A stretch of 58,491 nt of DNA, counting the filler, from Dugesia japonica (taxonomy: Eukaryota), in NCBI GenBank assembly GCA_001938525.1. It is 5 parts of 5 records of this genome, joined end to end, with 100 filler letters (N's around TTAATTAATTAA, not from the genome) between each part and the next. Parts side by side here need not be neighbours in the genome. Positions count along the whole stretch, not along the records: positions 13,564 to 29,415 come from MQRL01629149.1; positions 29,516 to 39,595 come from MQRL01587047.1; 3 more parts are not named here. One strand, given 5' to 3'. Made by a program: the position numbers and the translations under genes. The notes under the pieces were generated by a model. The model was not told the origin of the DNA and made no database searches. It worked only from the letters and a program-made list of their open reading frames with translations. Below, in pieces: positions 27,801 to 39,695 of the stretch. Every line of letters starts with the position of its first letter. Within the stretch, counting starts at the first letter, position 1.

Positions 27801-28914
27801 TTATCAAACTAAAAATAAACTGTCAAGTCAATCATCATGCTCAAAGCAATTTCATTTCAGTTTTCGTAAAAACCTGTTTTTTTTTCTCAATGAAACTGTT
27901 TCTTTTTTGAAAAAATATTAAATTAATTAAACAAATAGTAATATACAAAAATTTATTACAAATTAACAAATTGTTTCAATGAATTTTTATTTTTTATTTG
28001 TAGTGTATTTTCATTTACATGTTTGTACTGCACTGAAATCATGAAAAGAATTCCAGTTGCTTTTGTGTTAGGATTTTATGTAAGTATTGTTATCAATTGG
28101 TGGTCAGAACAATTCAAATCATTACCCTGGCCTGATGATATTGCTCTGCAATTATCTGCATTTCTACAAGGTGAAACAGAAGAAATCATATTGTTGAGGC
28201 GAACTATTGTTAGATATGTTAATATGGGAATGATTATCGCTTTTAGAGGTATCTCTAAAAGTACTCAAGCATTATATAAAACATTAGAATCAATGAGAAA
28301 AGCTGGTAATTTTAAAACCAGCCTATTAATGTTAAGATTGTCATATTTAAATTTAGGTTTGATGAATATGAGTGAATTAAAAGCTTTACAATCTATTGAT
28401 CGGTCTTATAATAAATATTATGTTCCTTTAGTTTGGGCTGCAAATCTAATAAGAGACGCAAGACGGCAAAATTTAATAACAGATGATAGACAACTTGATG
28501 TCTTAGTAGAAACATTAACTACATTCAGAGGAGTTCTTTGCGATTTATTTGTTCACCAATGGATCAGTCCTCCATTAGTTTATACACAAGTGAAATCTTT
28601 TAACCACTTTTGTTATTTCAATAAATATTCAATAAATTTTAATTTTAAAAGGTTGCAACTATTGCAGTTTATTGCTATTTTCTTGCTGCTTTGATGGCCT
28701 GGCAATTTGTTTCTGGAAAGGATGATTATATATTTCCTTTTTTTGGAATGCTACAGTTTATTTTTTATATGGGATGGTTAAAGGTGATCAAATGGAATAT
28801 AAATGTGTAGACTATTATAACAAACAATTTTAGGTAGCCGAAAATTTAATCAATCCATTTGGAGACAAAGATGACGATTTTGATATGACATTTCTTATTG
28901 AAAGAAATGTACAA
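22939..28914 (+). CDS. Bestrophin family chloride channel; 6 exons seen, C-terminus missing at the contig join
   Basis: Phase-consistent exons 22939-23006, 23058-23177, 28004-28305, 28357-28589, 28652-28783, 28834-28914. Motifs [78 protein letters not shown]. Confidence 0.95.
24790..24962 (+). repeat. (AAT)n and (AAG)n microsatellites flanking a gap
   Basis: Read directly from the sequence. Confidence 0.9.
25934..26299. mobile_element. Non-autonomous hAT MITE in bestrophin intron 2
   Basis: Perfect 8-bp TSD tttacaat (25926-25933 and 26300-26307). Imperfect TIRs caacgttccctctaa / ttacaggcaaagttg. Confidence 0.8.
26395..27264 (-). CDS. Hypothetical 289-aa orphan protein nested antisense in bestrophin intron 2
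   Basis: 870-nt uninterrupted frame in very AT-rich DNA with an ATG start. Contains a Cys cluster (CQRNSKLCKIECAAC..H) and an acidic stretch. The true 3' end may be spliced. Confidence 0.6.
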   Translation of the reverse strand: MFNMTNNNIWLEMKLIERKNRIRNLIKKENKNIELDRAIIIEPLKSRKKWLKKYCQRNSKLCKIECAACLDEFYHQRHKFNVDGFRLFPNNFDVSEVINYLNNRKKTIKQTNRALKCHLEYRTSKSYEVNFLENKLITSTTNQISIYKNYKQNQSIFKRKLEKKFQINLIKNKINYPFCNKTKEVETDDEKSLETESECNYDELSLNENDINDVLTTEKIELKDTEGNNVILSNNNNNINKNEVYLFFQYTFNCFKFQFWKIYAYGQIVFQRFFKKRMFLFTMINLYCL

Positions 28915-29415
28915 GTAAATATTATTTTAAAAAAATGCGTTACATTTTTTTCAATAATATTTTAAATAACTGTTGAAAATAAAACGATTGTGTTCAAACT
29001 TTAACAATAAAACAAAATGAGTAAAAAGAAAACCACATATAAATAAAGATAACCAAATTAATGACACCAAATTAATAATTAATATTATTTATTTAAATTC
29101 AAAATAGCCCCGTTAAAAATTTTATAATTATTATTATTAATATTGTTGGGGTCTTACCCTAGGTAGGTTGATTTATTACATGATTCCATCTAAGGGGGTG
29201 TCGCACTTTATATGGAATTTTGTCTAGGGTAATTTACCCGGTAAAACCCCGCGATGAATTTGAATCTGGTGTCCCCAAAAATCCAGATCTTCGGAATGTA
29301 GCCGTTGACTCGGTAGTCGAGTGCAGACTCGCATTCCTTTTGTTTGGGTTCCTTTTCTATAGTACTCGCTAAAGTATGATAATTATTCCGTCGATTTTGG
29401 TCAATGGTGTCAGTT

Positions 29416-29515
29416 NNNNNNNNNNNNNNNNNNNNNNNNNNNNNNNNNNNNNNNNNNNNTTAATTAATTAANNNNNNNNNNNNNNNNNNNNNNNNNNNNN
29501 NNNNNNNNNNNNNNN
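29416..29515. other. Artificial contig join
   Basis: 44N-TTAATTAATTAA-44N. Confidence 0.95.
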
Positions 29516-30771
29516 TTGAAAACAAAACTTTATAATGGTGAAATTATAAATAAAAACGAAAATATATTACTAATTTAATTGCAGTTGTTTTAATGTAAAT
29601 TTAATGCAATAAGGTTTTTATTAAAATCGATGTTTATTAGTTAAATTTTTAAATGTAAATTTGAAATTTAATTGTAAAGCTTTATAAGAATATTTATTTA
29701 AAAAAGTTTTTAAATGCAAATATTTAGTGAAAAGTTTAATAATTGGATTTTATCGTTTATTTTAAATTATTATAAATTCGAAATTTTTATATTTTCAAAA
29801 TATATTTTTAATAAATATAATAAATTTCTTTAAGTTTATTATTATTTAAAAATATAAATTGGGAAAGGCAAATGTTGGAAGAAGCGTTCATAAAGCAAGA
29901 AGAATTTCTAATTTAAGAAAAATTATTTGTATTTTAAATAAAGTATTTAATCAAAAGTCTTATTTTAGTTGATTTAAATGAAGAAAACGAATAAAAATAA
30001 CAACAGTAAATAAATCTACTTTTTGGAGGGAAATTTAAATTATTTTTTTCTGAAATTTTGTGGCGCAAAATTTAAATTTCTTTTATTTTCTTTTTCCTAA
30101 CTATCTTTTATTTTTTTTATTTTTTGAAGGTTTTGAATTTGTAATTGAATAGAATATTTGAGTCTGTATCTATAACTTTTTACAAAAGGTTTTCTGTTGG
30201 TTACAGTGGTGTGCTATTGGATTTCAGTTTAATGTGTCCAGTGTTGTGATTTTTTCATGGATTTGGATGATTTTTGCTTGGAATGAAAGAGAAAAATGGG
30301 GGACATCTTACAATTTAAAGGTGATTGTGTTTGTGTGTTAAAATGTATATTTTCAAAAGGAAAATCGCAACAGAATGGGTAACGGGTATTAATTTTTGGT
30401 TCAGATGGTATATTTGAGTTGGTCATCGAAATCGGTTTATAGGTTGCCATATGTATCTATGTGTTGCATACATGCAGTTTTTGTGTTAAATATGATTTTT
30501 GAATTCGGATAATGTGTGCTGCTAATGTATTGCTCATGTATTGCATCTGTGTTGCATCTCTATTGCATTATTTTAAAAAAATACATTACAGTGGAACTTT
30601 TTATAAAAGAAAATTAATTTTTTTTACTATTATACTATTGGAAAAAAATCATTAAGCCTGAAACTTTTTAATAAAAAATTCTGTACAATGGAACCTTTTA
30701 TATAAAACAAAGTTCATTACAGTGGAACTCTTTATAAATAATTCATTAAGCGTGGAACTTTTTAAAAACTA

Positions 30772-31783
30772 TTAGATTGTCACATATGAAATGTCCGATT
30801 TTAGAACTCGTTTTTTAAACTAATATATTTTTATGTAATATTTAACATTTAGAACTTATTTATATATCATTTTGAAGGTGATATTTTTGATTATCATTTT
30901 ATAATATTTGCTTTGAAAATCTTTTTATTTAAATTATTTTTAGACAGCATGGAACACAAGCTAAAAAATACGGAAATGCGAACATTATTTTTATATGAAT
31001 GGAAATTAAAGCATAACACAACAGAAGCCGCCCGAAACATTAATTTTGCATTTGGAGAGGGTTCAGCTAATGAAAGATTTTTTCGGAGATGGTTCGACAA
31101 ATTTCAAAAGGGTGATTTGACCCGGGTCAATAAGTAAGTTAAAAATAAGTTATTCATCACAATCGTAGACGTTCTGCACAATGGTTAGATGCCGATAAGC
31201 CTCCTTTACACTGTCCTAAACCGGATTTACATCCGAAAAAGACAATGCTGACAGTTTAGTGGTTTATAGCCGGAGTCATACAATTTTCTTTGTTAAAAGA
31301 AGGTCAAACCATTAACTCAGACAAATAATGTTCTGAAATTAAATTAATGCACAAAGATTTATGCAATTAACAGCTTTCATTGGTCTATAGGAAAGGAATC
31401 ATCTTCTTGCTTGATAATGCCTGACCATGTAAGGCAAAGAAGACGTCGCAAAGGTTGACAGACTGAAAAATTGAAACTTTGCCACATCCACTATATTCGC
31501 CCGACTTATCTCCGACAGACTATCACTTTTTTAAGCATTTTGATAATTCTTTGGTTAAAAAATCATTGCTGATCGGGAGGATGTCAAAATGGTCATATCT
31601 GAATTCATAGACCCCAGAGAAAATAATTATTTTGCTAATGGTATTTTGAAACTAGTTTCTACATAACAAAAAGGTGTAGAATCAAATGGTTACTATTTTA
31701 CTTAAATAAAACTTATTTTTATTGGATTTTTATTGATTTTTTTGTCTATTACGTAATCGGAAATTTCATATGTGACAACTTTA
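30772..31783 (+). mobile_element. Internally deleted mariner transposon with both TIRs
   Basis: TIRs ttagattgtcacatatgaaatgtccgatt / aatcggaaatttcatatgtgacaacttta, each flanked by TA. EAARNINFAFGEGSANER..RWFDKF, LHPKKTMLTV, LLDNA, HPLYSPDLSPTDYHFF. Confidence 0.92.
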
Positions 31784-31789
31784 TATAAA

Positions 31790-32358
31790 GTCGACAGACT
31801 TTGAAATACGCCATAAATTCAATAAATGGGCCATTGAAATTTTGCATGAAAATGAAATAATTTTTCAAAAAGTGATCTTTAGCGACGAGGCATATTTTGA
31901 ACTAGGAGAATTTGTGAACACACTGAATTTTAGAATTTGGGGCAATGAACAACCACATGAAATACTTAATACAAAAACAATTTTCATTCAAAAAATGTGG
32001 TTTTTGGATGGGTGGTGTTATCGGTCCTTATATTGTTGAGAATGAAGCTGGGAATTCTGTAACAGATACCGGAGCTCGATATCGAAATATGATTGGAAAG
32101 TTTTTGTTTCATAAATTGAAATGTATAGATACCCAGAACATGTGATTTTTAGCAAAATGGTTTCACATCTCATACGGCAAAAGAAACAATTACCCTTTTA
32201 AGAGAAGGATTTGGTGTAAGATCACTTGCATGACATTATTTTTCATTGTTACATCGAAATATATGTACTATCATTGTAAATAAATATATTGCTACATTTC
32301 ATTCCTTTAGCTTATTTTATTGAAAATTTAAAATGTAACCTTAAATTGGAACACCCTG
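31790..32358 (+). mobile_element. Tc1/mariner-superfamily (rosa/DD41D-like) transposase fragment
   Basis: VIFSDEAYFELGEFVNTLNFRIWG, CGFWMGGVIGPY, GARYRNMI. Terminal ttaaattggaacaccctg resembles a CAGGGTG-type TIR. Confidence 0.75.
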
Positions 32359-33189
32359 CATTATAGGATCATTATATTTATAATATTATTAGTCTTATAC
32401 ACATATTTTTAAATATATATTTAATTATATATATACATATATATTTATTTTTTTACAAAATAAAAAAGTATTTTTTACCAACATTGATGCTTTCAACTCT
32501 NNNNNNNNNNNNNNNNNNNNNNNNNNNNNNNNNNNNNNNNNNNNNNNNNNNNNNNNNNNNNNNNNNNNNNNNNNNNNNNNNNNNNNATATGATTTATATC
32601 TAATTCATTCTAAATGAGCATATAAAAGCCAAATAATTCTAGAGTATTTACCTCCAAAGACTTTAATAAATCTTGATAATTTTCGTCAAGAACATCAGAA
32701 TTACCTAATATGTTTTAAAATTAAAATTAAGTAATATTAGTATTTTAAATTTTCATAGTTTTCTTTAATTTCTTTAAGAGATTCCTGTAAATTAATTTTA
32801 TAATAAACAGTCATTGTTTTGACAAAACATTCATGTTATGAACGAGTAGCATTGAATACAACACATTTACTGAATTAATCAAGTAAGACTAAATTATATT
32901 TTTCAGCACTTATTTTCTTTTGGTATGGTTCACAAATATCTATATAAATACTATCAAAAACATTTTGTATATACGGACACGAATAAAATTGACAAAATGC
33001 AATAATTTATTTAATTTTGTTGAAATTTTATTTTAGAAACGTCGATATCAAGTTTTCAATAATATGTCTCTTATCTTATGTCTGATCTAATTGGTTTAAA
33101 GCTTTGTTAACATTTTTAGTCTGGTTTATCTTCTGGATTTCCATCAACATAAGTAGATAATTCCTGGCGCACTGAAACACATCACCTTC

Positions 33190-33310
33190 CAAAATAGTGG
33201 TTTAGTAAATTGGTGGTTTCGACGTTGACCTAGTTTAGAAATTTGATGATTTGAACTTTCACCTGGTTTAGTATTTCTGTGGTTTGACTTTAGACCTGGT
33301 GCTGAAATTT
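33190..33310 (+). repeat. Degenerate ~33-bp tandem repeat, 3-4 units
   Basis: Recurring cctggtttag(t/a)aatt.gtggttt unit. Confidence 0.55.
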
Positions 33311-34199
33311 GTATATAGAAATACATGCGCTGCAGTTCAAATTTTCGTATTGACTTTATAATTACCTTATAAAGCTCTATAAGAACATATAAACCCGCAT
33401 AATTACTTTATTAGCCTAGTAAACCATATAATTCCTTAAAGAAAAATATTTTAGAAACCCATTTGACGAGTCTTATAGATACCAATAGAAAATACATAGA
33501 AATTTAAAGAAACCTTAAGAAAATAAATTCAAATAATTAGAAAACAGAAAAATATCGAAATACATAGAGACTTAGAAAATGAAACTAATAAACCTTTAAT
33601 GGGGTTTATATGTTAACTTGTATAATGTTTATAGTGTTTTATAAGGTATCCATATTGTTTTAATTGGATTCGATAATGTTTTATTATATTTATATAGGAT
33701 CACATGTGGTTTCTATATGTTTTTATATGATGGTTTAACTATTAACACATGCAGTGATAAAGAAATATAAATCATCGTCAATAACAGAACTTACAAATAG
33801 ACATTCACAATTGCTGAAGTTCAACATACAATAATATGAGCAGATTTCCTGAGGTACCTCAAACTGCTGGTTGATTCTCACAATATGAAATTAATAGAAA
33901 CAAAAAGCAAAGGTAATACAATAATTACAGCGCAGTTCAACAGAAAAGCCAGAAATAAAATAGATAAAGGGGTAGTGAACATAACTTCAACAAAAAACCA
34001 AAACCATATTTTAACAACCATGATAGAAATAAACATTTCAACAAAGAAATACAAAGGTATTACATAAAACATTTAAATTACAATATTTATATAAAATTAT
34101 ATTGTATCATAATGTTGATCATAATTGGTCTGGATTCTAGTAACTGTCTAAGATTTAATACAATAATTTAGTTTAATTGACTGATTTGATCGAGTACCG

Positions 34200-35385
34200 T
34201 GATAAATACTGCAATTTATATTCACTCATTTAATCTATTCATTGATTTACTGAAACACATAGGCTTACAGCACTGTTTACTTACTCTATCAGAAGGGTTT
34301 TACTCTATCATATTTGCTTACTATGTCCATGACTTTTAGTGTTTCATATAGGTTTACTGTAACACATTGGTTTTATTAAAACACATGAGCTTACTTTATT
34401 CATTGATTTATTCGTGGGTTTTACTGTATCACATCGGTTTTCTGTACTCATTTGCTTGCTATATATTTTGATTTTTGTATAAATATATATATATATATAT
34501 ATAAAGTTAAAAAAATCAAGTGATAAAAATAATATTTAGACCTGAAAATGTCAAACTAATGTCTCAATTGATACGTATGTAGTTGTAATTTACACATAGG
34601 TTTCAAAAATTTGTACATAGTTTACTATATTTTACACATATGTGGTGAAAGCTTTCTTATTGATGTATAACATTTATTCATTGGTGGTTGTAATTTGTAC
34701 AATGATAGTTACAATTTATTCAAACGGTTGTGGTATTTATGTATAGGTAGTTACAATTTGCAGATCACTTAATGAAAATAATGTACGAATCATTGGACTT
34801 AATAAACTGATAATTGTAAATTAATTAGATAAGTTAGTAATAAGTTAAATAATTTATTTTAACAATTTGATTTGATCAGGTACTATGTGTGATAGTCATT
34901 AACTTTACTATATTACATTGGTTTTACTGTAACCTGTGGGCTTTACTGTGACCATCGGTTTCACTGTTACACATTAGTTTACTGTAAGATATTGGTTTAC
35001 TTTATTACATTGGTTTATTATACTCATTTGCTTACTCTATCACACTGTACTCATTGGCTAATTACTGTAGTTGTCTTTGAAAAAATTTTTAAATCACTTA
35101 ATAAATAATTCTATAAATTGATTAATTGCATCATTAGTTGTATGATGAAATGCATTGTAGCTATAAAATAAATATCCAAATGTAATACAGTAAACCAATA
35201 TGGTACAGTAAACCAATGTGTAACAGTAAAACCTATCTAATATAGTAGAGTTAATAAATACACACATATTACCTGATCGAATCAAATTGTTAAAATAAAT
35301 TATTCAACTTATTTAATTATATAATTATATATAATTGAATATAATTATATATTCAACTTCTATAATTAATTTCCAATTATACTGC
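34200..35385. repeat. Degenerate ~19-bp minisatellite with a long inverted repeat (foldback/MITE-like)
   Basis: Units like ttactgtaacacattggtt. About 34838-34933 is the reverse complement of about 35221-35313. Confidence 0.65.
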
Positions 35386-36850
35386 TCGGTGTTTTTTACT
35401 TCAAACTTTTTCCCGAGATGAAAGGTATCTACCCTATATATTTCGTTTGAGCTAATTCCCAATATAATCTCAGTTTTTCTATATCACGTCTCATTTTGGA
35501 GAAAATTGACTTCTCTTAAAACAGGAAATTTACATAAAAAGCCTCTATGCAGCACATATAAATTTAAGTTGACATATAGCTACGATACCAAAACTAAGTC
35601 ATATCACTTTTATTTGAAGTATTATCAAACTTTTAACAGCCAGCAAAAGACGCCTATCATACGTTGGGAAAGTTAGAACCGAAGTGATAATTGATAACGT
35701 TTGCAAAGAGATTACTTTCTTAGTTGCTGAAATAGTAACACCAGATCTGATAGGATATGCAGATAATGTTCTGTATAATGTTCTGTACATCGACAATGGC
35801 TTAATGCTTGATTTTGTCTTGCCAGGCTTGGTCATTCATTATTTATATAATGTTGATCACGAGTTCTACTATACCATAAGCATAGAAAGCAGCAGTATTC
35901 GATATATCCACCTTGTAATCCTTTCAAGATGCCAATTAACTTTAGATCTCCGCCAGTCTTTGAACCGAAAGTCATCGTAATGCAATATATCCTTAAGAGA
36001 GTTCACGATGTCATATGTTTCCTCTTCCTAACTAAAATACACCATCGGAATGGAAGGAAATTCGTTTTCCTTATGAAGGAGACCAGCCTTTACAATAGCC
36101 GTGCTGCCATTAATAAATAGTCACCAGTCCGTGATGACTTTATATATTATGTTAAGCATATTCAGCAAACTGGTAATATTGCTACAGTACACAAATTCAG
36201 TTTACTTTTTTGAAAAAACACAACATACCGCTTATCCTTTCCTTTATACCAGTAAAATCAGGTTTTGGGGCAAGAACACAGAATCTCTTTAGTATTGCGC
36301 CAGCTTTAATAGCAACTTTCTTTGATAACCCTAGTCCACTAACGAATGAATCCAATTAATGCCATCTGATTTGATTGTGGTTGTCATTTTCCCATTTCTC
36401 ATTGTTATCATCATGCGTTAAAGAATCACTAGCCACGTCAGATATATCACTGTTTGGATAAGGAGCTATTGAATCATCATCCTTATTATATGGTGTTGAT
36501 CTTATTGCTGATAGCAAATCTCGATATTTAATATGCTTGACTGACCTCTTGTTAAAACCCGATACTCTGTTTTGGCAAAATAGCAATCGTCATAATTATT
36601 TTTTTGCTCCCTCTAAGCAATCCGCGTATTAAGCGGTAAGTTATTTATCTTACCTGCTTCAAACATGGTAAAGTATGAAGAACATTTTCTGCATACAATA
36701 TGAGGAGCAAAATTTTTATTCTGGTTGCCTAATTTCATTTGGAAATATGTTCTAAATCTATGCTTTATGACTTATGTAATGCTCAACCGGTAATCTTTGA
36801 AAACATATTCCCCAAAGATGTTACAGAAATGGTTTAACAGCAATTCCATT
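35381..36850 (-). mobile_element. Decayed Chapaev3-like (Transib-related) DNA transposon
   Basis: KLGNQNKNFAPHIVC, DDCYFC..VSGFN..IKY.DLLSAIR, LFINGS..VKAGLLH, GDLKLIGILKGLQGGYIEYCCFLCLW. Superfamily assigned from recalled motifs. A ~100-nt Gypsy protease fragment lies inside at about 35660-35755. Confidence 0.65.
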
Positions 36851-37149
36851 AAAATGTATAGACCCGTAATTAAAATATAGACTTATGTTATAAAGATTTA
36901 TTAAATTTCTATTACTTTCAGTAAAGTTGATTGAAGATTTATTAATTTCAATAAATTTCATCGAATATAATAGGTTTAATAGATTTATGGTATTCTTTAT
37001 GTGTACTGTATTTTTTGTGTTTTGTAGAGTTTATTTATTTGTATTTAAACAGTAGACCAATAGTTATAGTAAATACCGATTCTATTACTAAGAGGTTATC
37101 ACTAAAGATATTCTGCAGAGGAGATAATATTGATAAATTTACCTAGCTG

Positions 37150-38917
37150 TGTGAATTGAATTTTGAAGCCAAAATCATCACCCATGTGAAACAACAGGAG
37201 AGATTAGTTTCGTGTTTGTTAGATGAAGATTTGTTGGAAGAATATGGAAAGATGTTGAAAAATGTTGAAGGTTTTTTAGGCTCACTTATGTATGGCATTT
37301 AAGAAAGAGAAAGATGTTATCAAAGATTTTCAAAATTTGATTAACTANNNNNNNNNNNNNNNNNNNNNNNNNNNNNNNNNNNNNNNNNTAAAAGATTTAG
37401 TAAAAAGTTTATTTACAAATAAAGATTTTACTGGAGGAAAAATGGTAGCGAAGATGCTATTATATTGTTCAGATAACAAAAAAGTTGAGGAAGAGGTCAC
37501 TTTTGCAGAAACGAGAGAATATAGAAAAAATTAAAAAAACAATGATGTTAGTAGATCGAGTAGAGAAAAACAGAGATCGAGTTGATACGAGATCGAGAAG
37601 TTACGCGAGAGCTACAAATAAAGATTATCAGAAACCGGTAAATCATACAGTGAATAGACATGAGGAGAAAAGAAAGGAAAAATAAAATATTGAATGTTGG
37701 TTATGTCATAAGATCGGTCATACTAAAGCAAATTGTCCGACAAAAAAAGTCGTAGAGTGCTAGAGTTGTCATAAAAACGAGATTGTCCAAACAAAAAACC
37801 AACAAAATGTTTTGTTTGTGGAAAGGCTGGCCATATAAGAAGGTTATATCAAGAAGTGAGGTGTAAAAGATATGGTAATGGTGGGCATAGAGCAAAAGAG
37901 TGTTACAAAAATTTGAGAGGGAAAAGAACAAGTGAGAAATTTATCACTGCAGAAAGATCAAGAAACCGATATAATCGAGTACATGCAATTGATAATGAAG
38001 ATGTCACTACAAACAATGAATATAAGGAAGTATATGAAAGTTATTTTGAAAGACAGTACCCAAAGGGCAGGGCTCCATCAGTAGAGAAGTTGGTTGAAGC
38101 CATTTTTTGTTAAATTACGTTAGTAATTATCCTCAATGGTTCGAAAAGTGGGATGATATAGAAAAGGTTTCAAAAGAAGGTATACAGTGTCTTAAAGAGG
38201 GAAAATTTTGAGGATAAGAGGAAAATAGAATAATTTGGAACAATTGAAGCAGAAAAGAAAACCAATACTTCATTCCATAAATTGCAACGCAGATTAAGTG
38301 TTACAGTATCAATTCAAGGAAATAAAGTAGGATGTCTATTAGATACAGAGGCTCGAATTAACGTGATGAGCTTGCGTTGTTTTAAAAGACTTACGAGAAT
38401 TAAATTTAGAAATATGTGATGGAAGATTGCGTTGTGCAAATAATAGTACACTTGAAATTGTTTGGAAAGTTAGAACCGACGTGATAATTATAACGTTTGC
38501 ATAGAGATTACTTTCTTAGTTACTGAAATAGTAACACCAGATCTGATAGGAGGAATAGATATGCAAAAGATATTTGGATACCAGCTTATGCAAAAGTCGT
38601 TAGCAAAACGGATGAAAAGTAGAAAATTACATTTGCAATATTGAAGTGAAATTTGGAAGACAAATTAAAAAATGGAGAGCGATTGACAAGAGCCTTAAAT
38701 ATCTTGAAGATTAAAGAGGATCAACGGTTATTGAAAATAATTGAAAGTAAAGAAAATGCTTTTATGGTGGATAAATGGGATGTAGGACGGACACATCTGA
38801 CAAGACACCAAATAATCACAAGTTGTGAACCAATCAATGTCACACCGTATAGACAACCAATAAACTTAGAATCTAAAATTGAAGTAGCTATCCAAAACGT
38901 TTTTATGAAAAAGGATA
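37150..38917 (+). mobile_element. Decayed Ty3/Gypsy gag-protease region
   Basis: Zinc knuckles CWLCHKIGHTKANC and CKRYGNGGHRAKEC. Protease CLLDT(E)ARINVMS...DLIGGIDMQK. RT start DVGRTHLTRHQIIT..PINVTPYRQP. Confidence 0.88.
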
Positions 38918-39189
38918 NNNNNNNNNNNNNNNNNNNNNNNNNNNNNNNNNNNNNNNNNNNNNNNNNNNNNNNNNNNNNNNNGGCAGTAGATTTACTCTTA
39001 GAACATATCACAAAGCTCTATATTTCATGATGAAGGAAGCATGAGTGTTGGCAATTATAAAAAACTGAAGTTGCAAAAGGATTTCTACCTCGGTGGGTGG
39101 CCCCTTCTGCTAATATTCATCTACTTTCATTGTTATTCTTTATTGTTTTGTTAACTTAACTTTATAAAAATTAAAATTGCTTATCTAAC

Positions 39190-39539
39190 GTGTATGTTGC
39201 TTTTATGAAGGTAATGCCAAAAATTTAAGGTAAAAGCTTTAATATCAATAATGATTCAATATTGAAAATCTTGTAACAGCTACCTTGATATTCGGCATTC
39301 AAACATCGAGATGCAGAGACTTTAAATCCTCGATTTTCTAATTTATGCTCGCTAAACAAATATCGAATATTTGATGGGTAACACACATCCTGAATATAAA
39401 TGATCATAAATTGATCTAATTATTTAGATCATACACAAATATTTGTTGCAGTACAATCTACATTGTGACCTTCATTAAGAACAAATATAAAGTTTCCATC
39501 ATTGAATTGATCTTTAATTGTATTGAGAAATGATTGAAT
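39190..39539 (-). CDS. Three internal or 3' exons of an unidentified host gene, weakly resembling the C-terminal end of a class II HDAC domain
   Basis: Phase-consistent exons 39539-39435, 39389-39284, 39236-39190 with 45- and 47-nt introns. Peptide IQSFLNTIKDQFNDGNFIFVLNEGHNVDCTATNIC-DVCYP...CLNAEYQ-AFTLNFWHYL. Confidence 0.55.
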
Positions 39540-39595
39540 CTAAAGAACATTTTGTCAATTATAATAAAACGCTGCATAAGATTATTTACATAATC

Positions 39596-39695
39596 NNNNN
39601 NNNNNNNNNNNNNNNNNNNNNNNNNNNNNNNNNNNNNNNTTAATTAATTAANNNNNNNNNNNNNNNNNNNNNNNNNNNNNNNNNNNNNNNNNNNN
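39596..39695. other. Artificial contig join
   Basis: 44N-TTAATTAATTAA-44N. Confidence 0.95.

Noticed and set aside
30587-30770. Repeated cagtggaac motifs
   Set aside because: Most likely decayed subterminal repeats of a DNA transposon; irregular spacing and no array structure.
33700-34072. Hydrophobic minus-strand frame resembling a GPCR or membrane protein
   Set aside because: It is interrupted by stops and has no recognisable motif or convincing splice structure.
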